Origin: Curvularia clavata
Taxonomy: Eukaryota
Assembly: GCA_023920165.1 (NCBI GenBank)
Contig: CP089274.1
Span: 1,612,001-1,676,000 of the forward strand
Direction: 5' to 3'
DNA: 64,000 nt
Below are positions 24,344 through 37,669 of the stretch, piece after piece. A program made the translations under genes and the position numbers. The notes under the pieces were generated by a model. The model searched no databases, had not been told where the DNA came from, and saw only the letters and a program-made list of their open reading frames with translations. Every line of letters begins with the position of its first letter. Within the stretch, counting starts at the first letter, position 1.

Positions 24344-25094
24344 CTAAGCCGACTCCTGGGCTGCCTTGACGTCAATGCCGTACTTGTCCAGCAGTCGCTG
24401 TCGCCTCCTCTCGTCGTAGCCGGGGCCGTATATTCCTAGCAGAGTCAGTCTCGTCAGGGGTGTATCTGGGTAGTTGTGAATCATACCTCGTCCCTCGCCC
24501 AGCTGCTGAAGCGTCTCGGACATTGGCCGCCTGCGCAACTTCTTGAGCTCTTCCCTGCGCTCCACCTCGCCGTCGTCGTTGACCTGGTCCCTGATGTCTC
24601 CGACACCTCGGAGGCCGCTGGTGTATCGGAACGCAGTGAGGGCGGTCGAGAAGAGGGCTCCGGCACCGAGCATGAAGGGAAGGCTCCGTCCTGGCACGGA
24701 TTAGCATGGCAGCGGGTGTGCAGGCTCGCTGTACGTACTGGAAACACCGACAGCACAGCCGGCAGCGAAACCGGCAATGGCCTCGCTGTAGCAGTCGTCC
24801 TTTCGTCGCAAGTTGCTGGTCGCGTCCAGTGTGAATTGGTACGTGGCACCAACGCCGGCTGCACGTCAATTAGCTCAGGTTGGCGGCAGGGAGCGTGCAA
24901 TTGAGCCGCTACGGACCGTATAGAGCAATGATGCCGCCCGAGCGGGTGAGGATGCCCATGGCTCCGACGTTCTGCTTGCGGAGCGTGTTCTGGACACCGG
25001 CGACGACGGCGCCGACGGCCGTCGTCTGCAGCGTGGTGCTCATGGTGTTTGCGAGAGCATCGCGCGGGTGGAAGGTGGCGTGGTGGTCGGCCAT
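24344..25094 (-). CDS. NDUFA11: NADH:ubiquinone oxidoreductase 21.3 kDa accessory subunit (NDUFA11, Tim17/22 family; 4 exons)
   Basis: FHPRDAL..GVQNTLRKQNVGAMG..SNLRRKDD..LGEGR|GIYGPGYDERRRQRL. Confidence 0.88.
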
Positions 25095-25611
25095 GGCGGG
25101 CGGATGAGGTCGTCGGTGTCGTCTGGGAAGCTCGTCGCTATGTGCATGCGATGTTTGGTGAAGTCGGCTGCGGGAGGACGGCAAGCGTCTTGGCGCTCCC
25201 TCCCGCCTCAGGCCAGCGCCATGGCGGGCACCGAGCACTGCATCATCGTGCGCCGTGTCTCGGCAGCGTCGCAGTCGAATCCAGCCTCACAACGGGCTGC
25301 CCAGTTGCTGTGGCTTGTTGACTTGACTTGGAGGCTGCCCAAGGCTGCTTCTTTGAGTACATACATAGATACAGCCAGCATCCACCCATCCCGACCACGG
25401 CGGCCTGCGCCTCTGCTGCGCTGCATCGTAGTGGTGCGTGTCTCCGTCAGGCAGTTGCCGCCATCAATGCCCTCCTCGTAGACGATTCATTCACGCCTCC
25501 CTCGCTCCCTCGCTGTGCTTTGTCGTGTGCACTCGGTCCCCCTCCTCTCCCCGTGCGTGCTGTGCTGCCCTTGCATCACCATACTATTCTCTCTCCAGGC
25601 ATAAAGCAACC

Positions 25612-28600
25612 ATGGCGCCCGGTAACTTGGTCTCCCCAACTGTCCTGCCCGCATATGCTGATTCAGTGCCACAGGCAAGACGGCGCCACGCCTCCTCCAA
25701 GATCTCTTCACATACGACCCCCGCCATGAAGAGCGAGCCGGCCGCAACCTGTTAACCAGCCCGCCACCGCAGCATGACGCAAAGGCGCCCGCAGTTGCTG
25801 CCGTACCCTTTAGGAACTGCAGGCACAGTCTCTTTACCAAGGACAAGCAGTCGATACCCTTCAGGCCCGGGAGCGAGCCGGACTCGGAATCCATATACAA
25901 GGTCGCCTCGTACTGTCAAAAGTGTCGCTGGCATGTCGACGTGGTCGTCGACCACCGCAATGATGCTGTCAAGAACAAGTGGTGTGGGAGAGGAAACACA
26001 GACTATGCTTTGCACCACTTCCTCTACCAGGGGCAGGAGAGTTCCAACGGCATCAATGGGCTAGAGGCCCAGCTGCTGTCTCGCACCTACATGTTCCGCT
26101 GCTCAGCGCCGCAATGCTCGGTCCAGGTCCGCATAAGCACGAGACCGCCAATCTTCTCCGAGCACGACATTGAGACCATGACAAACCAGGCCAAGCTGAG
26201 GAAGCGATGGGAGGTTGCTCAGCAGCTGGCGGGCGAGCGAGCCGACGCAACCATGGCACGTAGAGTGGATGCTCCCGACTTCCTGAACACGTACCTGCAG
26301 GACTCGCTGAATCCCACCAAGGGCAAGGCTCGCATTCCTCTGCTCAACAAGAAATTCCTCAAAACTTTTGGTCGGGATTGCGATTCTATCCTGAGGCGCC
26401 TGGGGTTCGAAAACCGGCAAGAAGAAGACGAAGAAGGTGCCCTGATAGAAGCCTGGTACCTTCCAAGGCCAGAGAACGCTGCGCATCCTCTCGAGTTCAC
26501 GCTGCGCACAAAGATTGAAGATGCCCGCTACGAGCTCAACACAATAATATTGAGCATTCCTGAGAGCGAACGCGTCAACTGTAGACATCAACCAATGCAC
26601 CCTGTGCCCTCGCGGGACGAGCTCGAGAGGGTGCTAGCATGCGCAGACTGTATGTTCAACTCTGAGCGCCTCGTTGCACATTTGGTCACTGACGAGTTGT
26701 GCAGATGCAAAGGTCAAAGGGCGCGAAACCCGTAGCGCAAGCCATGAAGAGGATCACCCGTCTGTCTCCGCTCCCATCATGACGTATAAATGTTTGTGTA
26801 CTAACAGTGGTTAGCTACTATGCCAGCTTGGGCGCTTTGGCCGACTTTGACGACTCACTGATTCTGTTCTCCTTCTCTCGTCAAGTTGCTGTAGACATTG
26901 AGAACAAAGCCTACTATTTTGAATGCTTGCAGGATCTCGCAGCAGGCCGTGAAAGTGAGACTCTTGGCATGCAAGTAGCTTTGCTAGCCTCTCAGGGACT
27001 CATTAGCAAACGGGACGCCAATCGTGCCTATCAGTATTTTGGTATCGACCCAGCACACGCAAGTATCATCGGCGACGAGCACGTCATTGGTTCGTTCAAG
27101 TCTCGATTGTCTGACATCAGTCCAATGCAGGCCGAGGAGGCACGAAAGCAGCTGCGGGTGCTCGGGGACGTGCGTGACAGTGAGAGGATAAGAGCAGAAG
27201 CCGCAGGTTCTATCGAAACCTATGATCAAGCCATGGCATGGTTCGAGCTTGACCACGGTACAGCGGACGACTTTGTTCAAACCATGTACTCACTCAAGGT
27301 ACCGTCTACAAACAGGGATGTCCATGACGCAAAAACTGACATGCAATAGACTCAAGACAACCCAGCGGAAATCGAAACAGCACAAAAGGCATTGCAAATC
27401 ATCGCGAACCATCGGCAAAGCGAACGACTGCAACACTTCCTCAAGTTCGGCACCATGTCTGAACCGGAAATGGACTTGGGCGATGCATACGCTCACTTTC
27501 AAGTATCAGACAGAAGTGTTGCGCTTGATCCCGCTGTGCTAGATTCTCTGTTGAGCACCTACGAGCTTGGTACAAATGAGAGAGCGAGGATGGAAAAAGC
27601 CCACGCACTCATCCAGCAAGACCAGACCCAGCGGTTCGGCAACCGCCCTGCCAACTCTCCCATGCCCATCGTACGACGCAATAACTACCCTCTCGATTCA
27701 TGGCCTGTCGGCCTCCGCAACATTGGCAATACGTGCTATCTGAACAGCGTACTCCAATTTCTATTCACCATACAACCTTTGCGGGATCTCATTTTGAACT
27801 GTGATATGCACTTGCAAGATCCCTCCCCAGAAGCCTTGAAGGACAAGAAGGTTGGACGCATGGCGGTCACCCCCGAGAGGGTTTTGACTGCGCAGAAATG
27901 TCAGTATATCTTTAGTCGTCACTTACACATACTGATATTGCGCAGTTGTTCACGAGTTGCGAGCTTTCTTTGAACATATGATAACAGCACCCACTGATAC
28001 AGTGCAACCTGAAATAGACCTTGCGTCACTCGCTCTCTGTAAATCAGATATTTCCGAGGAAGCAGAGTTCTCGCCGGATCCAGCTGTCGCCGAAGGCACA
28101 GGTCTTGGTACTATTGATGGGGCAGTAGTAAGTGGTCCCATGCTGCCGCCGAGTGCGGACCTGGCCACTCCAGTCGATCTTCCTGCAGGATCCGTGTCAG
28201 GCACCAGCGACATCGATTCCAAAGACTCTACCATGAAGAATGCCGATACGCCAACAATCACCCCTCCAGACTCGGAGATGAAAGAGGATGCCCTTGGTCA
28301 AGAGAACGGTTCTGCAAAGGAGGCAAAGAAAGACGAGGATAATGTACCTGCGCCACCAACACGTCCACCTCCAGTTCCGCCACGAGCAGACCCCAAGCCG
28401 GCCATCAAACCCACAGTTCCGTCGACCACAAAGATTGGCAGGATTGAAGAGAGCGCTCGGCAGCAGGACGCTGCAGAGGTCATGGCCAATATCTTTGATC
28501 TGATATCTTGTGCAATCGAAGGCGACAGTGTTTTGCGCGAAGGTGAGCAAGGGGACGCTATCAAGAAACTGTTCTTCAGTGATGTCACGACAGTCATGGA

Positions 28601-29603
28601 GAAACCGGATGGTGTGCAGAAGGTTCAAGAGCTCCGAGACCACTTCCTCGTTGCCACTGGCCGTCGCGACCGCTCTCTCTATGCTACTCTGGATGAGGAT
28701 TTCGGTCTTGGTGAGATAGAGGGCGGCGGTGGCACCAGGTACGATTACATTGAGCAGGCGGCACCCATCCAAATCATCAACGTAAAGCGCCTGCAGTACG
28801 AGAAAGGCCAGCCAGTATATGACCACTCACATCTTGGTCTTGAGAAGATCATGTATCTCGACCGATACCTGGCAAAAACACCAACGCTCGACGAGTCACA
28901 ACTGCTGGAACTCCGCAAAGTACAATGGGCAAAGCAGAAGCTGCTGCGAGAGCTAGACGCAAAGCGGACAAGATTACAGACTAGCGGGATCGAGGGCATG
29001 AATCTGCCAGAATGTCTTGAAGCTACCAGTGAATTTGTTTCAAGTTTGTCCATAGACAAGCTCAATGGTGAAGGCCAACTTCTCAGTCTACCGACGCCTC
29101 CTCCCGAGCTCTCTGACACTCTGCATAACCGCGCCTCTGAGCTTGCTTCTGAGCTTGGAGGTATCGATGACCAGATGACGACGCTCGAATCCGAAATCAA
29201 CACCGTCTTCCGCGATTGCATCTCTGTCCCTTACCGCCTGCATGCTATCTTCGTGCATCGTGGCGATGTCAAGGGAGGGCATTACTGGATCTACATTTAC
29301 GATTTTCAGAACAACGAATGGAGAAGCTATAACGACGACAGAGTGGAGAAGGTTGAAGAGAATGCCGTCCTGGAGAAAGAAGAGGGCAAGAGGCCAAAGG
29401 TTAGCACAGGAGTGGTGTACATCCGCGAAGACCTAGCGGAAACATTCACCCAGGCTGTGTGTCGGCGCCCCGAACAACCCGACGATGAGAGCAAGGATGT
29501 TGAGATGAAGGATGTTGTCCATGATGCAGATGTTGAGCTGCCGGATTTAGAACCGGTGGATATGACAAACGCGCCTGTCATCGAGGGTGTAGAGAAGGTG
29601 TAA
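25612..29603 (+). CDS. UBP2: Ubiquitin C-terminal hydrolase, Ubp2 type (6 exons; first coding exon 10 nt)
   Basis: MAP|GKTAPRLLQD start; Cys box PVGLRNIGNTCYLNSVLQ; QQDAAE; His box YRLHAIFVHRG...GHYWIYIYD...YNDD. Confidence 0.92.
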
Positions 29604-31165
29604 GCTCTTCTTAGAGCGCTACTCCCCTAAGTTCATTGTCTCCACCACGCCTACCGACATATGATAAAGCAGTGTCCGTCTATTCACGTGGCTCATATGA
29701 CGACGAATACGCCTTTGCGGCCAAGGGAAGTAGTGCGCGCACGGAATCCCCAGCCTAGAAGCCAAAGTCGAATTCTGATAGCAGCGAGGAAGCTGAGGGG
29801 TGGGACCAGGACTTAGATAAGGGTTGTCTTTTGTAGGATACGGGGTTGAATAAGGTGAGCATGCTTTGGCATTATTAAACAAACCTGGATAGGAAGAAGT
29901 AATACATGATAACGATATGACTGAGATTGTTTCCTTGGTCGATTCCATAGATAGAACTATCGATATAGAAAATCAGATGCTTGGCCGAAGACTATCACGG
30001 CATTGTACTGTCACGTCCCATGGACCCGCTAGCCTCGCCATCCTCGCCATCCTTTTGTGCAGCTAGGAATATCACCATGGCTTTGCTCATGCAGACCAGA
30101 TGCTTTGACTTTCCAGTGGTTTGTATCATGAAGGGTGAGAGCAATCCGAAAACGGCTAGCGTCAGCTGGCCCGAAGGAGCATTATTGCAACACCTGCTTC
30201 AATGGTCAGATGGCGAAAAACTCGTTCTGGGCTCACGCGTATCGCCGCCTCGAAAGAATATCGCCGACTGATATATGGTACATGAGTATTTGTCTGTGTC
30301 GCATTTTGTCGCCCAAGAGTGCTGCGAAGGAAGATAATGTTCCGTGTTTCGGCTTTGTTTGAGTATCGTTTCATCCCACTACAGCCGCCTAGCCATTGCG
30401 GTGGCCTGGCTGCCAACACAGAGCCTAGAACGTTGGGTAATTAGACAAAAGCGCGATTTGTGAGTGAGAGCACATAGTAGGGATGGAAGTATGTACAGTG
30501 TAAGGGCTGGGGCATTCAATGTGAACAGGTCGCTGCAATTGCCCATTAACTGCGCATGAAGCCAATTACATATAGGATACGTCGGCGATGCTACGCTTGT
30601 GACGAGAGAGATAGCGACCGAGAAAACGAGACGCGCGTCGCGTATAATTCAGGAAGCCATCGACGGCTCTCTAACAGGCTTGACACAGGTCAAGACGATG
30701 AATTCCCGACCGTGCCCACCCCGCACACAACCAAGAGGCCCTTAGCCGCCAGGCGCCCAAAGCAGATCGTACTGTATTTGTCCCTACACAGCCAAGAACC
30801 ATGTCAAGGAAATCTAGAACCCGGTTTCAGGTTAGGTGTGATACGATGCACCAAGTAAGATAGGCGAGGGTAGTGATGTATTGTTGAGGATTGATGCCCA
30901 GGCCAAAGGCGTCGTATACTTGCATGTCTTGAGCTTGATTGACAGTTATAAGGTACGGGTTTGCCCGTCAGGCTTGAAGGCTTATTCCTTCCATTCAGCC
31001 TCATTTTCACTGTACTTTCCTTGCCTTCTGTATTCGCTCTCTTTGTCGCCGGGCGACCATTTTGAACAACACACACAAACATACACACCCGTTTCGACAT
31101 TTTTCTTAGTTCGCTCGAATACTTTTCGCCATTCAAATCATAATCACCTAAACACTATTTTCAAA

Positions 31166-31391
31166 ATGAAGTTCTCCATTGTTGCCACCATCCTCTCCAT
31201 GGCTGCCTTTGCCGTTGCTGCGCCCATCGCCAACGAGGGTACGTTTTTTTTTCTTCACAGGAGCAACACCACCAGCAACAAGGCATAAGAAGCTAATGAG
31301 ATGAATTTTAGACATTTCCGCCCGCCAGAACCACGGCATGTGCGTCAAGTCGGACGAGACTGGCACTGTTACCCAGATCCCCGACTGCTAG
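31166..31391 (+). CDS. 50-aa secreted prepro-peptide MKFSIVATILSMAAFAVAAPIANEDISARQNHGMCVKSDETGTVTQIPDC; intron 31239-31311
   Basis: Good start context (caaaATG), signal peptide, GTACGT..GCTAAT..TAG intron, strongly C-ending codons, CT-rich leader. Confidence 0.8.
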
Positions 31392-32276
31392 ATATGATAC
31401 CCCCAGGCAGTGGAGAGGAAGTGCCAAAACAAAGTCAGGATATGGAGGGGGATGGGACCATGGAAGAGCTGACCCGATGGTTCGCGGTAGAAACAAGAAA
31501 AATATAATATTTGTGGCAACCTAGGCGGTGCCTGTTCCAACCACGACGTGCTTGGGTGCGTGATGACCGCATGTGGCCCCAGCCGATGAGAAGACGGGTG
31601 GTAGTCGGTACCAAAGTGCAACAATGGGGAAGAAGTGTTCGATGTCAAATACGGGTAATGGGCTAGGCGGTTGTCAATAGTCTACAAGGCCAAAAGACCC
31701 TGCGTCCCCCCGCTCAGCTGCAAACCATTTGGATATAGTGTACCATGATGTTCTTTGCTTGTTTGCATGCACGGCACGTGACGCTCAGCCTATGGCGTCA
31801 GCGGCAGCGCTATTAATCGGGATCCAGCCTGAGGCAAGCGAGGCGATCGGCGCAGGGATGGGGCTGGCTCGAGTGGCTGGTCTGGGGAGAGGCGGAGCGT
31901 CTTCCTTGGACACTGACTGACGAGGCGAATGCATACACTTGCACGCGTTGCGCCTCGCCGGACCCTGTGCCTGGCCGTTGACGTCCCCATCTCAGGGCTG
32001 CTGGGCATAGCACCAAACCCATGGCCGTCCAAGACGTCCTCCTTTCTCCGCTTCTTGGGTGCACAACAGGCCAGGGCGCAATGCAAAAGGGTTGGCTGGC
32101 GGCCATGTCCCGGCGCAGGATGACGTGCCCCAAGACCAAAAATTCCAGGCTTTGGCACCAATCTGCAGCCGACATCCCGCTTCAGGAACGGCGCCCCTAA
32201 CACGCCCTTAAAGCCATGTTTATCTTGAACGCAGCTCAGGCTGCACTCGTCGTCCGGCTCCAGTTCGGTGTCTTCC

Positions 32277-34403
32277 ATGGACAAGCTAAGGTCCAAGGCG
32301 CGTACGGCGCGCAATAGGCTCGCCGAAGCCACTTCGTCTGCTTCTGCTCAACAGCAATCCCAGACGGACCATCACGACTCCAGCACACATGCCCGTGAAC
32401 CAGGCACCTACGCCCGAGACTTTGGCGCAGCCGCCGGTCAGCCAACCCAGCAACCAGTCCTCGAGCCTCCTACTTCGCTGCAGTCATCCATCGATGCTGG
32501 CAGTCACGTCCCGAAACCCACCAGAGTAAACGACCCCTCGTCCCATGTCACGTATGAGACGCTTGCAGCACAGCGAGCAAGAAGCAACTCTGCGCCAAAC
32601 AGAACGACACCGCCGTTCCAGCAATACCCACGGCGGCCCCCCGCAGCCCGCCAGACCAGCATTGGCATTCGCCGTATGCCCGCTTCCAACGCCCTGAGAC
32701 AGTCCGCTCCACAACCAATCGCATCCACCCAGAGACCCAGCACGCCGTTGCCTGCGCTCGACGAAGAGCAAGAACTAGGCTCCACTCCCTCCAACTCCAG
32801 CCAATCCACCCTCACAAACACACCGTCCGACCAGGGTCGCTTGCGCAGAATCAAGAGCGCCATACCCCTCAGGATACCTTTCTGGGGCAACAAGGACAGG
32901 GAAAAACCTCAGACAACCACTAGTGACAATGCTACCACCCAGGAAGATGCGTCAACCCATTATAGCTCGGGCATGGTCGATGTCCTTGATACACTTGATC
33001 CTGAAGTCGCGACCCTGACCTCCTTGACAAACATGCAAAACTCGCTCTTCGTGCCCAACCTGCCTTTCCTCAACCGCCGACCGACTTATAATCTGCGCCG
33101 CCGGAAGAGCGAGACAGAGAGCCTCGAGGAGATTAATCGGATCCTGCAGCCAGCTTTGGCCGCTCAGGCACAAGAGCAACAGGCCGCTCCAGCCTTGCAA
33201 CGCTCTCCAACTCAAACCACCGCAACCACTGTCATGACGATAGATTCGCAGCTAACCGATTCACGCTACGCTGTTCTTCCAGACAATACTGATCTGTCTG
33301 GGTGGAGCGTGGCGGACAAGAAGGAGGTCAACGATCACGTGCGGCACATGCTTCACTCGCGGCGATCCAAGCTCAAGCGCTCGCTCAAGGGCTTTGGACA
33401 TTATGTTCGTAGACGTGAGTATAGTTTCTTTTCAATTTATTGGGTATTGTCGCTAATACGTCTCAGCATTGGGTTTCCTCGTTACGCTCTACGCAACTCT
33501 CATCACCTTGTTCGGACTTGCGTGGGTTTTGTTCCTGATCGGATGGATCAATGTCGGCGGACAGCAGATTTACGTAGTTCACATCATTGATAGTGTTCTA
33601 GTCGCCCTCTTTGCAATCGTCGGCGACGGTCTCGCACCTTTCCGTGCTGTGGACACCTACCACATGATTTACATTGCACACTACCACCACTACACTTGGT
33701 CACGTCGAAAGAAAGACATGCTCCCCGCGCTCGCCGACCACAACGATCTCCCAGCCGAACATGCTCCTGTTTCTGGACCCAGAACAACCGACCCCAACGA
33801 CCCAGAAAAACAATGGGAGTTCACCGTCCTGACGCCCAAACAGCAAGAGAAGCTCGAACACCACCAGAACAAGTTTTGCAAATCACATTCCTTTTACAAG
33901 CCCCACGAGACGGAAACGCACTACGCCTTCCCTCTCCGTTTCCTTGTCGCCATTGTCGTTCTCCTAGATTGCCACTCACTGCTTCAAATCTCCCTCGGCG
34001 CATGCACATGGTAGGTTTTCCACTCGATTTCTTCTACTAAGGAGAGTTAAGCTTATCGCACACTAGGGGCATCTACTACAAGCATCGCCCCTTTGCCATC
34101 ACCACCGTCATTCTCTGCTGCTCCATCACGTGCAACGCTACCGCTGGCCTGCTCATCTGGCTCGGCGACAAGAAGACGCGCAAGAAGGACGTGCTCGAGC
34201 GTATGAACCGACAGGAGTTGACGCAGGAAGCTATCAAAGAGGTCAAGAAGAAGCGAGAAAAGGAGGGCGAGAGCAGCGGTGATGAGGGGGCTAGAGAGCC
34301 GGAGAAGAGGAGGATTAGTCTCGATGCGTTTAGAAAGAGTGTGGATAAGACGAGGGATAAGAGTTCTGCTCCTGCTCGGGTGGGGCAGAGTGCGTATCCT
34401 TGA
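32277..34403 (+). CDS. Integral membrane protein, DUF2985-like (3 exons)
   Basis: DPEVATLTSLTNMQNSLFVP, GFLVTLYATLITLFGLAWVLFLIGW, GDGLAPFRAVDTYHM, KSHSFYKPHETETHYAFP. Confidence 0.8.
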
Positions 34404-34556
34404 GGAAGTGATGTATGTGTATGTGTCGCATTGCCTTCGCGTGTTGAGCGTTCTTAGCGTTGAGATACCTAGTTTACACATATTTGTGCATGTTTAGCAG
34501 ACTTTTGATAATTAATGACTCTTTCTTTCTTTCTTTGTTCTTTCAAAATTGCGATA

Positions 34557-35981
34557 TCATACAGCGGGCCTCTTTCTTCCACCACCCCGTCGCCAATTCC
34601 ACAAAGCCTCTTGCGCAAACGTGCGTGCAGTGAGATGGCCCCTCTCCTTGTTCGCTTCCTCAGTCAATGTCTCAATCACCTTGCCCTGTTCAATGCAATC
34701 CCATAACCCACCCGCCATGGCGCTGCCTACATCTTCCTCCACCCATTCTCCGTCGTCGTCGTCATCATCATCGTTTTGCACATCCGGGTTCTTTGCCACA
34801 CGCACCGGTCCATCCGTCGTATGTGGCGCGCTCTCAACGCCAAACTGGCCTTTGCCCAGGCGATATAGTATCCTACCTAGTGTCTGATAAGCTATGCACC
34901 GCTGGCTCGGCACTTTGCTCCTCGCCGTCACGGCTAGTTCGGGTATCGTGTAGCCTGCTGCTTCAGGCGCTTCAGCGTGGTGGTGCAGCCCTCGGTCGGT
35001 TGGTATCGCCCTCGCCACGCTGGGGGCGAGCAGGTTGCCGTCAAAATCGAAACGGAGCTCAGCGGGGTTGAGCGCGGTTTGCGAAGGGTGGTATGGAGAT
35101 TTCTTGTCCGAGGGGTCAATGGGCGACATCCATGATAGCGTCGAGGGGTCGTAGGGTAGTGTGGGGAAGTACTTTTCGTGCAGGTTTCTGAGAAAGTTTG
35201 GGTCGTTGGGGTCGAGGTCAGGTGGTTGCGGGGGCTGAGGGAAATGTATCGAGTCGTTTGTTGGCTGCTCGAGGGTGGTTTTTATCGCGTCTGAAGAGGT
35301 TTCGATGGTGGGTGCAGAGGGAGCGGCCGCAGGTTCTTGCGTTTGAGGCTCGTCTTCAGGCTCTGGGGATACAAAAGTGACCTTCTTTGTGCTCGTGGCT
35401 TTGGCTTGCGGCTCTTCCTCATCAGTGGCAGTGGGTGCCACAGTCCTCGATTCAGGTATTTTGGTATCAAAATCCTGCTCGTTGCTTCCCTGGTCGATGT
35501 TGGAGCGCAGAAGCAGCCTCTGTAGCAGTGCAGGGTCGAGACTTGACATAAGCTCCTGTCGCTCTTGTTCAATCTCCGCATCCGACATAGCCGCAATTGT
35601 CCTCTTATTCTCCTCATCAATTGCTCTTCTTTCCTCATCCGGATCTGGGGCAAAAACGCTCCGTGGTTTGGGAGTGGGCTTGTCTTGTGTCTTTGTCGCC
35701 GGTTTCGGTGCTGCGGTAGTCTGCTGTTCTTTTGCAGCACGTTGTTGCTTGAAGGCCGATACTCTTGGTGTACGTTTCTTGTGTGCTGGGAAACCGTTTA
35801 CATTGGGCTTGAGTGAGGGCGCGGCTGGAGGATTCGTCGATGATGGATCGCGCTCTTGGATATCGTTGACGAAAGTTGGGAACGATGGCGTAGGCAGAAC
35901 ATTTTGTTCTTCTGGCTCGAGTTTCTCGACTGCGCCGGTATCGAAGTTGAGGTTTACGCGTTCCCCTCTTTGAAACTCCAT
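34557..35981 (-). CDS. RBA50: RNA polymerase II assembly factor Rba50/RPAP1-like
   Basis: IDEENKRTIAAMSDAEIEQERQEL..LDPAL, LHEKYFP, LRFDFDG, GLHHHAEAPEAAGYTIPEL..RS..PSQRCIAYQTLGRIL; an in-frame ATG also exists at 36050. Confidence 0.9.
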   Translation of the reverse strand: MEFQRGERVNLNFDTGAVEKLEPEEQNVLPTPSFPTFVNDIQERDPSSTNPPAAPSLKPNVNGFPAHKKRTPRVSAFKQQRAAKEQQTTAAPKPATKTQDKPTPKPRSVFAPDPDEERRAIDEENKRTIAAMSDAEIEQERQELMSSLDPALLQRLLLRSNIDQGSNEQDFDTKIPESRTVAPTATDEEEPQAKATSTKKVTFVSPEPEDEPQTQEPAAAPSAPTIETSSDAIKTTLEQPTNDSIHFPQPPQPPDLDPNDPNFLRNLHEKYFPTLPYDPSTLSWMSPIDPSDKKSPYHPSQTALNPAELRFDFDGNLLAPSVARAIPTDRGLHHHAEAPEAAGYTIPELAVTARSKVPSQRCIAYQTLGRILYRLGKGQFGVESAPHTTDGPVRVAKNPDVQNDDDDDDDGEWVEEDVGSAMAGGLWDCIEQGKVIETLTEEANKERGHLTARTFAQEALWNWRRGGGRKRPAV

Positions 35982-36948
35982 GTTGGTGGGTAAAGTGGTG
36001 ATGCGATACAAAAAGTCCCATGGCGGAGACCTCTGAATGGACCCTTGCATGTGGGGGCACTAACACCAGTATGGTAGTACGCCGACGTCACCCTCACTGC
36101 TAGGGCTGAGCTTCTCCCAACCCCACCTACATACACACCCAATAGCCATGTCACCGATTCATGCCGCACTATTTCTGCGGGCGCAATTAAAAAGACCTAG
36201 CTAAAACCACAGTATTCCCGCAACGGTTACAATTATATATGGCCAGCAACACGTATCTCGTGGAGCTACAGGAGGAAGGTGACGGCAATTCATTGCCCCT
36301 GTCAGATGCCGCGCATAATCTATGAACTCGCGCTGGAGCGACTGAACCGGTGGTCTGACACCTTATATCGGGTTTAGTACGCCTCATAATGTTGCGTGAG
36401 TACCGTGGTTATTTTCGAAGAGCCGAGTACGTGGAACGAGAAATTACCAACTGCTAAAGATTATTAACATTACTCGTGGTTACTTGCCCAATATCTTCCC
36501 GCCTAGAACTAGTCTTAGGAAAAGAAATAGGCCATAACTCATAATATGTGTCAGGGCATTGTTTGCAGAGAAATACACCATGGCCACAAAGAAGGGCCCG
36601 ATGACTGACCGTATCGACTTAACGAATACACACATGCATGTCATCTAGAGTGATAGCTAACAATGAGGGGTCTTTTAGGGAGATATTTGGAAAGCGGACC
36701 GGGTATCACTCAAGAAAAATCAGCCCAAATGTACTTATCTGCCAACAGGGGGCGAAAGAAGAGTAGGACCCATTCCGGTAGACACGCTGGCCAGTGTTTC
36801 CCCCCCGCCTTACCCCGCCCATGCCACGTGTACCGGAGTAAGCATATTCAACTTTTTAGGTGTCAGTAGAAGAGAGTTTTAAATGCTGGCTGTAGACCAT
36901 CATTCAGCTCGTCTGTCGTTCCACTGACCTACCGTGATTACAACAGCC

Positions 36949-37669
36949 ATGGCCTCCAACAATGCCAACTTTCCGCCAGGACCGTATGAGTCTGGCGTAC
37001 ACTTTGCCCCTCCTCCTCGGCCTAGCTCTCCATCCACTGCTGGATACAGCCTCAACCATTTTATGATGCGCATCAAGGATCCAAAGAAGAGCCTGGAGTT
37101 CTATTGCGACTGTCTGGGAATGCATGTGGTCTTTATCTTTAATGTTGGGCCATGGACAATCTACTACCTGGGGTCGCGTGATGTGAGTAAGTATAAGATG
37201 AGACCTGCAGCAAACTCTGGGTAACAAAAAGATGGTAGATATGAGCAACATCCGCCAATCCAAGGGTCTGCTGGAGTTGTACCATATCCCGGCAGATTCT
37301 TCTTTGCCGTACGCTTCTGGAAATGACTACTCGGCGCCAGGTGTGGGCTTCGGCCACATTGGCTTTACTGTACCCGATGTAGCTGAAGCTACGAAGCGTG
37401 TTGAGGGCTTTGGTTTTGAAGTCATCAAACCGCTTGGAGAAGCAAAAGAGGAGCAAATGGCTGTGCCAGACGAGATTGTTCAAGGCAAATATGAACCAGT
37501 AGTCGAGGGATACAAGCACATCTTTAAGCAGCTGACATTTGTGAAAGACCCTGACGTGAGTGAATTCTAAGCTTCTCAAAATGGGAGAGGGTGAGTGGCA
37601 CACTAACTTTGATAGGGATACTGGGTCGAACTCCTGCCGCCCAACTTCAAGCTGCTAGGTGAAGAGTGA
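36949..37669 (+). CDS. Single-domain glyoxalase I / lactoylglutathione lyase-like VOC protein (3 exons)
   Basis: LNHFMMRIKDPKKSLEFY, LLELYH, GFGHIGFTVPDV, FVKDPD|GYWVEL. Confidence 0.85.

Noticed and set aside
30500..30840. Grainyhead sites upstream of the small peptide gene
   Set aside because: Only imperfect matches to AACCGGTT (e.g. ACCCGGTT), expected by chance
36290..36480. Possible F-box-like pseudogene fragment (RIIYELAL)
   Set aside because: Single short motif with stops around it; insufficient support
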